Positions 1 to 8,390 of a stretch of DNA of 40,589 bases are shown here, in pieces. Positions within the stretch are counted from its first letter, which is position 1. Each line of letters begins with the position of its first letter. The notes beneath the pieces were generated by a model, which saw only the letters and a program-made list of their open reading frames with translations, did not search any database and was not told where the DNA came from. This DNA comes from a virus. Its lineage: Duplodnaviria; Caudoviricetes. Location of the stretch: the IMG/VR virus record IMGVR_UViG_3300048072_000105, positions 1 to 40,589 of that record; one strand, given 5' to 3'. The translations under genes were made by a program, and so were the position numbers.

Positions 1-300
1 TCATTCCCCCTCGCGCCAGTCCCGGTACGGAAGGGGTGCGGCTGCGGCGCTTACTCCGTAGTTCTTCGGCGGGCCGAACATGACCGCTACCCTCCGGCAA
101 CCGCACCGCGGGCATCGTAGGCGCTCCGCAATGCGGGCCAAGGGAAAGTCCCGGCCGCGGGTGCAGACCAACGTTTCCAGGTCAAGCTCGGTCCGGTAGT
201 CGCACCGGCGCTTATGCTTCAGCCCCTCCCGCCCGTCGTCCAGGCAGCGCATGTGGAGTAGCCAGCTCAAGTTCCACGCTTCGCCCAGCGTCTCGACCAT
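1..300 (-). CDS. Small Zn-ribbon protein, probably SOS-regulated
   Basis: 99 aa with HMRC...C and LRCPRCG motifs; LexA box lies 2 nt before the ATG. Confidence 0.7.
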   Translation of the reverse strand: MVETLGEAWNLSWLLHMRCLDDGREGLKHKRRCDYRTELDLETLVCTRGRDFPLARIAERLRCPRCGCRRVAVMFGPPKNYGVSAAAAPLPYRDWREGE

Positions 301-302
301 GA

Positions 303-317
303 GAACAAAGTGCGAAC
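303..317. promoter_or_regulatory. Alphaproteobacterial LexA (SOS) box
   Basis: GAAC-AAAGTGC-GAAC is an exact GAAC-N7-GAAC match, between ORF 1..300 and the divergent CBASS operon. Confidence 0.75.
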
Positions 318-407
318 ATTGGCAGCCCTGTCAAGCCCGGCAGCCAGTTCTGGCGAAACCGCAAGTTGCGACCTACATGGAACTCAAATTTCCGGGGCGA
401 TGTCCGA

Positions 408-1349
408 ATGAGCGAACCTTCCACCGACCAGAAGATTTTTCGTGCCCTCAGCCTGGATGGCGGGGGCGCGAAGGGATTCTACACGCTCGGTGCTCTGAAG
501 GAGATTGAAGCGCTGGTCGGCTGCCGTCTGTGCGAAAAGTTTGACCTGATCTACGGGACTTCCACCGGCGCCATTATTACGGCGCTGCTCGGCCTGGGAA
601 AATCCGCGGATGAAATCGAGGCGCTTTACAGGCTGCGCGTCGTGTCGGTTATGGGCGAGGTGCTGCCGCGCAGGAAGACCGCCGCTCTCGAAGCGCTCGC
701 AAAGGAGATTTTCGGCGAGCTGAGGTTCGACGCTTTCAAGACCGACATCGGGATTGTCGGGACACGGTGGGAGGATGACCGCCCCATCATCTTCAAGACA
801 AACCCCGGGCAGGCATTCACGGGGGCAGAGACTTTCGAACCGGGCTTCGGCTGCACCATTGCCGATGCCGTGGTCGGCTCCTGCTCGGCCTATCCGTTCT
901 TCCTGAAGAAGATGGTGACGACCGGCCGCGGCGACAAAGTCGAAGTTCGTGACGGCGGCTTCGTCGCAAACAACCCGACGCTCTACGCCATCGCGGATGC
1001 CACCGGCTCGCTGGGCCACGCGAACGAGAACGTGCGTGTGGTGAGCGTCGGCGTCGGCGAATACCCAGCACCAAAGCTGCCCGCGACGAGCGCGCGGAAG
1101 TGGTTCAGCAAGTGGCCCACCGTAAAGTTCGCGCAACGAGTGCTGGAGATTAACACGCAGTCGATGGACGAACTGCGGCGGGTGCTCTTCCGGGGCGTTC
1201 CTACCGTCCGCATCAACACGAAATACACGCAGCCCGAAATGGCGACGGACATGCTCGAAGCCGACATGAATAAGCTGTCGAAGCTATGGAGCCGCGGCCG
1301 GGATTCCGCGCGCGAGCAAGAAGCGCAGCTCAAAGACTATCTGCTTTAG
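408..1349 (+). CDS. capE: Patatin-like phospholipase, CBASS effector (CapE/CapV-like)
   Basis: DGGGAKG oxyanion loop, GTSTG catalytic Ser motif, DGGFVANNP catalytic Asp motif; 10 nt upstream of a CD-NTase. Start moved to the ATG at 408. Confidence 0.88.
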   Translation: MSEPSTDQKIFRALSLDGGGAKGFYTLGALKEIEALVGCRLCEKFDLIYGTSTGAIITALLGLGKSADEIEALYRLRVVSVMGEVLPRRKTAALEALAKEIFGELRFDAFKTDIGIVGTRWEDDRPIIFKTNPGQAFTGAETFEPGFGCTIADAVVGSCSAYPFFLKKMVTTGRGDKVEVRDGGFVANNPTLYAIADATGSLGHANENVRVVSVGVGEYPAPKLPATSARKWFSKWPTVKFAQRVLEINTQSMDELRRVLFRGVPTVRINTKYTQPEMATDMLEADMNKLSKLWSRGRDSAREQEAQLKDYLL

Positions 1350-1359
1350 GAGACAGGAC

Positions 1360-2241
1360 GTGGCGATTGCTGAGACGCAGCTTGAGACGTGGGCGAAGCA
1401 GGGTCCGACGGGCCAGTTCACCGACACCTACAACACCATTCGAGGCCACCTGCTCGATAAGGACGCGCCGTACCCGGTCGCGGATGTGGACATCTTCCTC
1501 CAAGGGTCCTACGGCAACACCACGAACGTATATGCCGACAGCGATGTAGACATCGTGCTCAAGCACACCGGCGCTTATTACTATGACCTTAGCCAGCTTC
1601 CGGCGGACCAGAAGGCGCGCTACGAAAGCGAACACTCAGGTACGGCTTCTTACGGCTACACGCAGTTCAAGACCGATGCGGAGGGCTACATCAAGCGCCT
1701 CTACAACGGCGTCCAGGTCGGGAAGAAGGCGGTATTCGTGCCGGGCAACAATGGCCGCCGCAACGCCGACGTTCTCGTTTGCCAGCAGTTCCGCCGCTAC
1801 ACCTCATACGAGCCAGGCAATATCGGTTACCACGAGGGCGTCGCATTCTTCTCGGGCGGGAAGCGCATCGACAACTTTCCCAAGCAGCACTCCGCGAACT
1901 GCACCTCCAAGCACCAGGCGACGAACAGCAACTTCAAGCCGATGGTGCGCGTGTTTAAGAACATGCGGAATACGATGATCGAAAAGGGCTTCCTCGCCGA
2001 TGGTGTGGCGCCGTCATATTTCATCGAGGGCATGCTCTGGAACGTGCCGCCCGACAAATTCACCGGCGACTACGGTGATATGTTCGTCGCTTGCTACAAC
2101 TGGGTCACTAGCGCCGATGAGTCAAAGCTCGCGTGCGCCAATGACCTCTACTGGCTCGTGCGGGACAACTCGTCGGTATGCTGGCCTTCCGCGAACTTCA
2201 ACACTTTTACTGCGGCGCTGAAGACGTACTGGGAGAGTTGA
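1360..2241 (+). CDS. cdnE: cGAS/DncV-like nucleotidyltransferase, clade E (CdnE-like)
   Basis: FLQGSYGNTTNVYADSDVDIV (GS...DxD) motif, ADVLVC third Asp, NFPKQH, FKPMVRVFKN and APSYFIEGMLWNVP motifs typical of CdnE; AGGAG RBS before the GTG start. Confidence 0.9.
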   Translation: MAIAETQLETWAKQGPTGQFTDTYNTIRGHLLDKDAPYPVADVDIFLQGSYGNTTNVYADSDVDIVLKHTGAYYYDLSQLPADQKARYESEHSGTASYGYTQFKTDAEGYIKRLYNGVQVGKKAVFVPGNNGRRNADVLVCQQFRRYTSYEPGNIGYHEGVAFFSGGKRIDNFPKQHSANCTSKHQATNSNFKPMVRVFKNMRNTMIEKGFLADGVAPSYFIEGMLWNVPPDKFTGDYGDMFVACYNWVTSADESKLACANDLYWLVRDNSSVCWPSANFNTFTAALKTYWES

Positions 2242-2539
2242 TGAGCACTTCCACCATCACACCGTCCCGCTCGATGTACGCGAACTTCGGCCTCTTCTTG
2301 GCGACGGCCGCAACGCGATACTCGGCGTACTTCCCGACCTTTCGTCGTTCTATCGTGTAGACCATTCCCTTGACGAAGTGTTCCCCGGCTTCAGCTAGCT
2401 CTCGCGCCCGGCGCTCGCCGCTGCTTCCAACCCAACCGAACCTCGTCTGCGTTTTTGAAAGTGAGTAGCTCGGGACCCAGTCGCCGATGTCGGCGAGATG
2501 CAGGCAGATGATGTCGTGGAGTGTCGGTTTAGTTCTCAT
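2207..2539 (-). CDS. Hypothetical winged-helix-like DNA-binding protein
   Basis: 110 aa, basic; WVGSSGERRARELA helix followed by a beta-wing-like IERRKVGKYAEYR. Confidence 0.5.
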   Translation of the reverse strand: MRTKPTLHDIICLHLADIGDWVPSYSLSKTQTRFGWVGSSGERRARELAEAGEHFVKGMVYTIERRKVGKYAEYRVAAVAKKRPKFAYIERDGVMVEVLINSPSTSSAPQ

Positions 2540-2639
2540 GCGGGATAGCATTTAGAGCACTCTAGCAATTTGCCGTTCTCTCGGATTTTGGTCCATCCGT
2601 GCCTTGGGCATTTGATGGTTGCTTTTATGACTTTGCCTT

Positions 2640-3155
2640 TCACCATTTTTGGTAGTCGCTGTAGGTCTCAACGGTGAACGCCTTTTCAACTTCAGCAACA
2701 GGCACATCCAAGTTGCGGGCAATCTGCTCTGCCGGAACATCGTGCGACTGTGAAATCTTGATGCGCCCGAACGTCATTTGAGAAATAGCCGGGAGGGACG
2801 ACTTGGTGTGGACAAGGGGAGTTGCTTTCACACCGCTACCAAGTGAGCAGGTCTTGAAGTGCCGGGCGCCGATAGAGCCACACTCGCTGCAAGGATTGCG
2901 CCTTTGGCGCTTCGACTTACCATCCGCTGAGCGCCCCGGACTTACACCACCGTTCCATTCCCGAGCCTGGGCGGTAGCGGGTCCGCGCTTCGTGTACTTG
3001 CGTTTCTCAACGGCGGCGCCCGTGGTCGTGCGCTCAACCATTGCAGGGGGGGGTACGAAGCCAAGGGTGATGCGGTCAATTTCTCGGACCGTTCCGGCCG
3101 CGTCGTCGTAAACGATCAGCTTGCCCTTTTCCGCATCGTAAAAATAATTGGTCAT
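2640..3155 (-). CDS. Hypothetical protein with Zn-knuckle and C-terminal HTH-like motif
   Basis: CSECGSIGARHFKTC and PAEQIARNLDVPVAEVE motifs. Confidence 0.55.
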   Translation of the reverse strand: MTNYFYDAEKGKLIVYDDAAGTVREIDRITLGFVPPPAMVERTTTGAAVEKRKYTKRGPATAQAREWNGGVSPGRSADGKSKRQRRNPCSECGSIGARHFKTCSLGSGVKATPLVHTKSSLPAISQMTFGRIKISQSHDVPAEQIARNLDVPVAEVEKAFTVETYSDYQKW

Positions 3156-3316
3156 ATCTACTTGGTGAGCTGGTCTATCAGCTCTGCTATCGACACTCCC
3201 TCACGCGCGGCGCGTATCGCTAGGCGGCGGTGTGTCGTCGGATAAAGTCGCACCTGCTTGATTGCTATTTGTCCCATGTCCGAATCGTAACACGCGCAAA
3301 AATACACACCGGGGAG

Positions 3317-3359
3317 TTATCCCCATGTCGGCGTCTGCATACGGTTGCTGTGGTACAAT
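3317..3359 (+). promoter_or_regulatory. Putative promoter: DnaA-box-like TTATCCCCA plus extended -10 TGGTACAAT
   Basis: Nonamer at 3317-3325, TACAAT at 3354-3359, upstream of ORFs 3401 and 3641. Confidence 0.5.
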
Positions 3360-3400
3360 TGGAGAAGGTCGAGCTTTTATAAATCCAATCATTTATCGCA

Positions 3401-3601
3401 GTGAAAATAGTACAAGGCATCACCTTCTACCGCCCGGCGGACTACGTTTCGCGGAGAGAGGCGAAGGTCGAAGCGCTCACGCAGAAGTACCTCAAGTTCT
3501 TTCTCGTCGCAGCGTTCACGGTGCTGGTCATCGCCTATATCGGGATGGTGCGCGACATAGTGCATACGTTCCAGTTCTGGCAGTTCTTGCAGGCTCGCTA
3601 G
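3401..3601 (+). CDS. Small single-TM membrane protein
   Basis: 66 aa with hydrophobic FFLVAAFTVLVIAYIGMV segment. Confidence 0.5.
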   Translation: MKIVQGITFYRPADYVSRREAKVEALTQKYLKFFLVAAFTVLVIAYIGMVRDIVHTFQFWQFLQAR

Positions 3602-3640
3602 GTTCGGCAAAACTAAAAACCAATAATCTTAAACTACAAA

Positions 3641-4450
3641 ATGCAACCTCCGAAAAAGCAGACGTTCGATGTCGTTCCCGCAGGCAACCACGTCGCACGC
3701 CTCTATCAGATTATTCATATCGGCACCGTCCTAACCATCGGCCAATTTGGCGAAAAGATGCAGGACAAAGTCCGCCTCACGTTCGAGCTCTGCAATGAGA
3801 AAAAAGAGTTCAAGGCTGGCGAGGGAGAGAAGCCGTTTTCTGTCTCCCGCGAGTTCACCTACTCGTATCATTTAAAAGGTTTGCTGCGGCCGTTCGTAGA
3901 CGGCATGACCGGCACCAAAATGCGTGACGATGAGTTCCCCGACTTGGAAGCACTGCTCGGTGATGCGTGCCTTCTCAACGTCGTACATGACGTTAAGGAG
4001 ACCGGCACCTACGCCAACATTCAGAACGCTTCTCCGCTGCCGAAGGGCATGGAAGCTCCGGCGCTCGTCAACGAAACGCGCATATTCGACATCAACACCA
4101 TCACGCAGGAAGAGCTCGTCAAACTCCCGGAGTTTATCCAGAAGAAGATGCGCTCCAGCGAGGAGTATGCGGCCCGCTTTTCGGGTGCTGGTGAAGAAGA
4201 AGTCGGGGGAGAACTTCTCCCAAAAATCGCGCCTACCACTTCCGGACCGCAGAAGAAGCCGGGCGTGGTCGTGCAGGCAGAAATGAAGGCCGACAAGGAG
4301 AAGAAAGAAATCTACGTGCTCTGCGATGAAATCGCACAAGTTCCTCTTCTCTCCGACAAAGAGCACAACGATTACATCTTCAGCAACACGGGACTGGTGT
4401 TCGGGCAAGCACCAGCCGAGACCATCATCGAGCGTCTGAAGGCTCTCTAA
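3641..4450 (+). CDS. Phage ssDNA-binding/replication-associated protein (NGO0469/DUF669-like)
   Basis: VPAGNHVARLYQIIHIGT, KVRLTFEL, DLEALLGDACLLNVVH and YANI motifs with an acidic linker; followed by a terminator. Confidence 0.6.
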   Translation: MQPPKKQTFDVVPAGNHVARLYQIIHIGTVLTIGQFGEKMQDKVRLTFELCNEKKEFKAGEGEKPFSVSREFTYSYHLKGLLRPFVDGMTGTKMRDDEFPDLEALLGDACLLNVVHDVKETGTYANIQNASPLPKGMEAPALVNETRIFDINTITQEELVKLPEFIQKKMRSSEEYAARFSGAGEEEVGGELLPKIAPTTSGPQKKPGVVVQAEMKADKEKKEIYVLCDEIAQVPLLSDKEHNDYIFSNTGLVFGQAPAETIIERLKAL

Positions 4451-4498
4451 TTCGCACTTAGGCAAAGCGCCCGGTCTGGTAATCCGGGTGAGAGAACG

Positions 4499-4529
4499 AA
4501 AGGCCCCGCGGCGAACGGCGGGGCTTTTT
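4499..4529 (+). terminator. Rho-independent terminator
   Basis: AAAGGCCCCGC-loop-GCGGGGCTTTTT after the 3641..4450 gene. Confidence 0.7.
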
Positions 4530-4530
4530 G

Positions 4531-4577
4531 CTATCCACACCCTCACGCTTGGCGCTTTGCGGACTGGACCGCATACT
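4531..4577 (+). promoter_or_regulatory. Putative sigma70 promoter with upstream DnaA-box-like nonamer
   Basis: CTATCCACA (4531-4539), -35 TTGGCG (4549-4554), 17-nt spacer, -10 CATACT (4572-4577); aligns without gaps to the promoter at 23816-23862. Confidence 0.6.
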
Positions 4578-4583
4578 CAGTGC

Positions 4584-4965
4584 ATGACCAGTTGCATGGT
4601 ACAATTTCATAAGCAGGTTTCCGCCTGCGCGCCATGCAACGGCGTCATACTTACATAGGGCCACTCCGCAAGGGGTGGCCTGCGTAATTTCACCACTGCA
4701 TCCCTGCACGTCCGCCCCGCTCAACGGACGAAAAACAAAAAGCGCCAAAACCAAAAGCTCGCTTCAGGTTCTGTTGCGAAAGGAGGGAAAACCAGTTGAC
4801 GACTCTGGCCCTCCCATCTGAACAGCATCGGAAGGAGAGGTCTCAGGGACACAGCCACACACGCCCGCGCCACCGGCCTCAGTTTCTCAACTCAGGGGAA
4901 AAGTCGGGCGCTACGCATCCGCCGAAAGTACGCTGTGTATGGGTTCCTCCGCCCCTTGGCCTCGG
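4584..4965 (+). ncRNA. Candidate large structured ncRNA, family not recognised
   Basis: No convincing ORF; nested stems 4584-4599/4632-4648, 4659-4667/4672-4680 (GCAA tetraloop), 4709-4714/4725-4730, 4782-4787/4809-4814, 4849-4855/4932-4938, 4862-4867/4905-4910; first stem begins at the predicted TSS. Confidence 0.5.
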
Positions 4966-5052
4966 GCGTTAAATTTTGCTTAATGAATCTTGAGTTCTCC
5001 TGCTAACAGGAGTCTTGTGCGCGGCTCTGATTCGGTGCGGGTAAGGAAAGTC

Positions 5053-6024
5053 ATGGGCCTGAGCTCCCTGGAATTATGTGCGGGCGCGGGCGGCCAAGCG
5101 ATTGGCCTGGAAGCGGCCGGATACGAGCACGAAGGCGTCGTGGAGATTGACCGCGACTGCTGCAACACGCTTAGGCTGAACCGCCCCGCCTGGAACGTTG
5201 TCGAAGGCGATATGAAGAAGCTGAAGGGGGCGCCGTTCAAGGGCATCGACCTCTTCGCTGCCGGGCTTCCCTGTCCCCCGTTCTCCATTGCCGGGAAGCA
5301 GCTCGGCGAGAAGGATGAGCGCAACCTGTTCCCCGCGGCCCTCCGTCTTATCGACGAGACACGGCCGCGCGCCATCATGATTGAGAACGTCCGCGGGTTC
5401 CTCGAAGCGGGCTTCCTGGACTACCGCGAGAAGCTCCGGGACCGCCTCTACAAGATGGGCTACCTGGCCGCGTGGCGCATCCTGAACGCTCCCGACTTCG
5501 GCGTCCCTCAGCTCCGCCCGCGCGTCATCATCGTGGCCCTCCAGCGGGACATTTGGGACCGCTTTGACTGGCCGCAGGTGCTCCCGCGCAACCCCATAAC
5601 CGTAGGCAAGGCCCTGTATCCGTTTATGGCCTCTCGGGGCTGGACCGGCGCCGAAAAGTGGCGCGACCACGCAGACGACATTGCCCCGACCATCGTGGGC
5701 GGTTCCAAGAAGCATGGCGGGCCGGACCTCGGGCCGACGCGGGCGAAGCGCGCCTGGGCGTCGCTCGGGGTGGACGGCATGGGCATCGCTGACATGGCTC
5801 CGGGTCCTGACGCGCCACGGGACCACGTTCCACGGCTGACGGTACCTATGGTGGCAAAGCTCCAGGGCTTCCCGGAGGACTGGAAGATTTCCGGCCGGAA
5901 GACTGCGGCCTACCGGCAGATCGGAAACGCATTCCCGCCGCCGGTCGCGCAAGCCGTCGCGATGAAGATACAAGCCGCACTGACCACCCGGCATGTCTTC
6001 CGCGTCGTGAAGAGCGCGGCTTAG
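5053..6024 (+). CDS. DNA (cytosine-5) methyltransferase, M.NaeI/M.NgoMIV-like (predicted GCCGGC)
   Basis: Motif I LCAGAGG, IV GLPCPPFS, VI IENVRG, VIII PQLRPR, X RQIGNAFP; target-recognition region APTIVGGSKKHGGPDLGPTRAKRAW resembles GCCGGC-specific enzymes. AAGGA RBS before ATG 5053. Confidence 0.92.
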   Translation: MGLSSLELCAGAGGQAIGLEAAGYEHEGVVEIDRDCCNTLRLNRPAWNVVEGDMKKLKGAPFKGIDLFAAGLPCPPFSIAGKQLGEKDERNLFPAALRLIDETRPRAIMIENVRGFLEAGFLDYREKLRDRLYKMGYLAAWRILNAPDFGVPQLRPRVIIVALQRDIWDRFDWPQVLPRNPITVGKALYPFMASRGWTGAEKWRDHADDIAPTIVGGSKKHGGPDLGPTRAKRAWASLGVDGMGIADMAPGPDAPRDHVPRLTVPMVAKLQGFPEDWKISGRKTAAYRQIGNAFPPPVAQAVAMKIQAALTTRHVFRVVKSAA

Positions 6025-6803
6025 TCTTCCTCCGCCTTGCGCTTGGCCTTATTTTTCCGCTCGAAGTCCTTGATGAGAAACTGGTGGTTCTCCGGTAGCG
6101 GTTTCCATTCCTCCAGCATGTAGGCGGCCTGCCACTTGCCGGACGGCGTCTTGGAGCGGGTCGCTTTTATCTTCATGCCGATGACCGGGTAGCGCAGCTC
6201 GCGGAGCCGCTTTTGCCAGTCCTCCTGGAAGTCGTTTACGTTCGCGACGAACTCCAGAAGCCACGACGGCACGGCTTCGCCTTTGTGCATGCGCAGAATC
6301 TCGGCGATGCGCGCGTAGACACTTTCTAGCTTCACAATCTTCTGCATCTCGCTGTCGTCGAACGACGCGAAGAAGTCCTTCTTGCCGCCGTTGCAGAGCT
6401 GGCAGAGCGCCCAGAGGTTATCGAGCGTCGTCTCGCCGCCCCACGTCTGCGGCACCTTGTGGTCGGCCTGAAGCTTCACGCCGTCTTCTGCGACGGTCTG
6501 TCCGCACATCTGGCAGCGGCCGTGCGCGGCGTTGAGCACCGCGGCGCGAAGTTTGGCGTTAATGACGCCGCTATCTTTGGCGGGCTCTGCCTTCTCGCCC
6601 TTCAGGACGTATCGGCCGCCTTTCTCCAGCGGCACGTCGTAATATTTCCGGAGGTCGCGGACGCGCCGGTCGAGGTGCTGTTGAATGCCGGGGTCGTTCG
6701 GGAATTTCTCCCGGATTTGGTAGATGGTGAGTCCTTCGGGGTGGCTTCTGAGAAGCTCTAAAATCTGCTCGTGTAGGGCTGAGAGGCCCTCGTGCTGAGC
6801 CAT
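6021..6803 (-). CDS. HNH endonuclease with N-terminal HTH-like region, putative cognate restriction enzyme
   Basis: RCQMCG...LQADHKVP...NLWALCQLCNGGK HNH/Zn motif; convergent with the methylase, 4-nt overlap. Confidence 0.8.
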   Translation of the reverse strand: MAQHEGLSALHEQILELLRSHPEGLTIYQIREKFPNDPGIQQHLDRRVRDLRKYYDVPLEKGGRYVLKGEKAEPAKDSGVINAKLRAAVLNAAHGRCQMCGQTVAEDGVKLQADHKVPQTWGGETTLDNLWALCQLCNGGKKDFFASFDDSEMQKIVKLESVYARIAEILRMHKGEAVPSWLLEFVANVNDFQEDWQKRLRELRYPVIGMKIKATRSKTPSGKWQAAYMLEEWKPLPENHQFLIKDFERKNKAKRKAEED

Positions 6804-6868
6804 TGGCCGCCCGAATCTTCCCGAAAAGGTGCGGTACCGTGACTCCGCACGCCAAAAGAGTCGAGTCG

Positions 6869-7279
6869 ATGGATAAGCTGACGCCCGAGCGCCGCTCCGA
6901 AAATATGCGGCGCATCAAAAGCAAGGACATGAAGCCGGAGCTGGCCGTGCGGCGGCTCGTCCACGGGCTTGGCTTCCGCTACCGCCTCCACCGCAAGGAT
7001 TTGCCGGGGAAGCCGGACCTGGTGTTCGGCCCAAAGCGCAAGGTCATCTTCGTCCACGGTTGCTTCTGGCACGGTCATGAGCTGGAAGGCTGTCTGGATG
7101 CCCGGAAGCCGAAGTCGAATACCGGCTACTGGAATCCGAAACTGGCCCGCAACAAGGAGCGAGATGCCGAGCGCGTGACTGCGCTCGAAGCTGACGGGTG
7201 GAAGGTGCTGACGGTGTGGGAGTGCGAAACGAAGAACGAAGCGGCTGTCAAAAAACGGCTCCGCCGCTTCCTCAGATAG
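6869..7279 (+). CDS. vsr: Very short patch repair endonuclease
   Basis: MDKLTPERRSENMRRIKSKDMKPE, LPGKPDLVF, IFVHGCFWHGH and GWKVLTVWEC motifs; next to a C5 methylase. Confidence 0.93.
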   Translation: MDKLTPERRSENMRRIKSKDMKPELAVRRLVHGLGFRYRLHRKDLPGKPDLVFGPKRKVIFVHGCFWHGHELEGCLDARKPKSNTGYWNPKLARNKERDAERVTALEADGWKVLTVWECETKNEAAVKKRLRRFLR

Positions 7280-7289
7280 CTGAGTACGC

Positions 7290-7318
7290 AAAAACCCCGT
7301 AACTCTTCGCTACGGGGC
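7290..7318 (-). terminator. Terminator ending the late operon (possibly bidirectional with vsr)
   Basis: CCCCGTA-loop-TACGGGG followed by a T run on the minus strand. Confidence 0.6.
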
Positions 7319-7340
7319 CATTACGCTGTCTGGCGGGGTG

Positions 7341-7643
7341 TTACGGGGTCAGGTCCAGGGTGCCGGGAGCCGGGGCGGCCTTCTGCCAAAACAGGACGTA
7401 GGAGCCGTGCGCCATCAGGAAGGCGGCGAGCGCCTGCATGGCGACCGTCACCAAACTCGAAATGGAGTTGGTGTCCACCGGTGTCCCATTGAGCGCGCTG
7501 AACGCCAGCACGCCGAATATGGATAGAAGTGCAAGAACAAAACGCTTCCCTGCGGTGGTCTGCAAATTTCCAAACCACTTTGCGAGGCCCATGACGCTGT
7601 TCAAAATGAACGGCGAGAGAGCCACGATAAGAGCTTCAATCAT
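7341..7643 (-). CDS. Holin-like membrane protein
   Basis: 100 aa from MIEALIV with three hydrophobic segments; directly downstream of the M23 peptidase. Confidence 0.6.
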   Translation of the reverse strand: MIEALIVALSPFILNSVMGLAKWFGNLQTTAGKRFVLALLSIFGVLAFSALNGTPVDTNSISSLVTVAMQALAAFLMAHGSYVLFWQKAAPAPGTLDLTP

Positions 7644-7710
7644 AATAATGCGATGAGTTACGAATAAGTGGTGCTTCTGTGCACCGCTCCGGCCCTTCTG
7701 GGCGAGAGCG

Positions 7711-8286
7711 CTACGCGGAAAGACCCATGCGGTATTGGTAGTAACGCCAGTTGGATTTGATGAGAGTGGCAAGCGTGGCCTGGTCAGCGGCGAAGTCGCC
7801 AATGAAAAAGAGTGACGGGTCGAAGGAGCCGAGCGCTTCGTTGTTGTCAATTTTGTTGCCATCGTCGCCCACGCGATACATGCCCATGTGCGTGTGCGGT
7901 CCGGTAGAGAAGCCGGTGTTGTCTGCAATCATGATGAGTTCGCCAAGCGCCAGCTCGTCACCTTGCTTCACCAATATCTTCTCGGCATGGCAAAGGATGA
8001 TACGGGCGTAGCAGAGCTGGTCGAAGAGCTGCAATTTAGACTTAGACCGCAGCACAATTTCATTGCCGCCGCCGTTCGGCTGGTAGTCAATCCACTCCAC
8101 GTAGAAGCCATCCACCGGGCAGTAGACAGGATAGGACGTGTCCTGGAGGTGCGGCTTCGCGTCGATGCCGTTGTGCAGTTTGAACGCGGGGTTGTTGAAC
8201 TGCGCGGCGTATGCCGGGTTCGGATTACCCCAGCGCTGGGTGATTGTGTACGGCTTAAATGGGAAGTGAATTAGAAGCGGTTTCAT
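7711..8286 (-). CDS. M23-family peptidoglycan peptidase (endolysin)
   Basis: HNGID (HxxxD), ILCH and STGPHTH (HxH) zinc-binding motifs. Confidence 0.85.
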   Translation of the reverse strand: MKPLLIHFPFKPYTITQRWGNPNPAYAAQFNNPAFKLHNGIDAKPHLQDTSYPVYCPVDGFYVEWIDYQPNGGGNEIVLRSKSKLQLFDQLCYARIILCHAEKILVKQGDELALGELIMIADNTGFSTGPHTHMGMYRVGDDGNKIDNNEALGSFDPSLFFIGDFAADQATLATLIKSNWRYYQYRMGLSA

Positions 8287-8390
8287 ACCTCGTAATTATT
8301 GCACGGCTTTTTGCGTGCTATGCTTGCGGCATGGTCCTTCTAGGAATACTCGCGTTCGCAGTCTGGGGATTTTGGTCAGGCCTTGCATAT

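Noticed and set aside
384-1136. 250-aa minus-strand ORF
   Set aside because: Antisense shadow of the patatin gene, which has clear catalytic motifs.
4584-4965. Retron msr-msd, DGR template or tmRNA interpretation of the structured region
   Set aside because: No reverse transcriptase in the window, no matching variable repeat seen, and no tRNA-like ends or tag reading frame.
5074-5994. 306-aa minus-strand ORF
   Set aside because: Antisense to the C5 methylase; no motifs; typical high-GC shadow frame.
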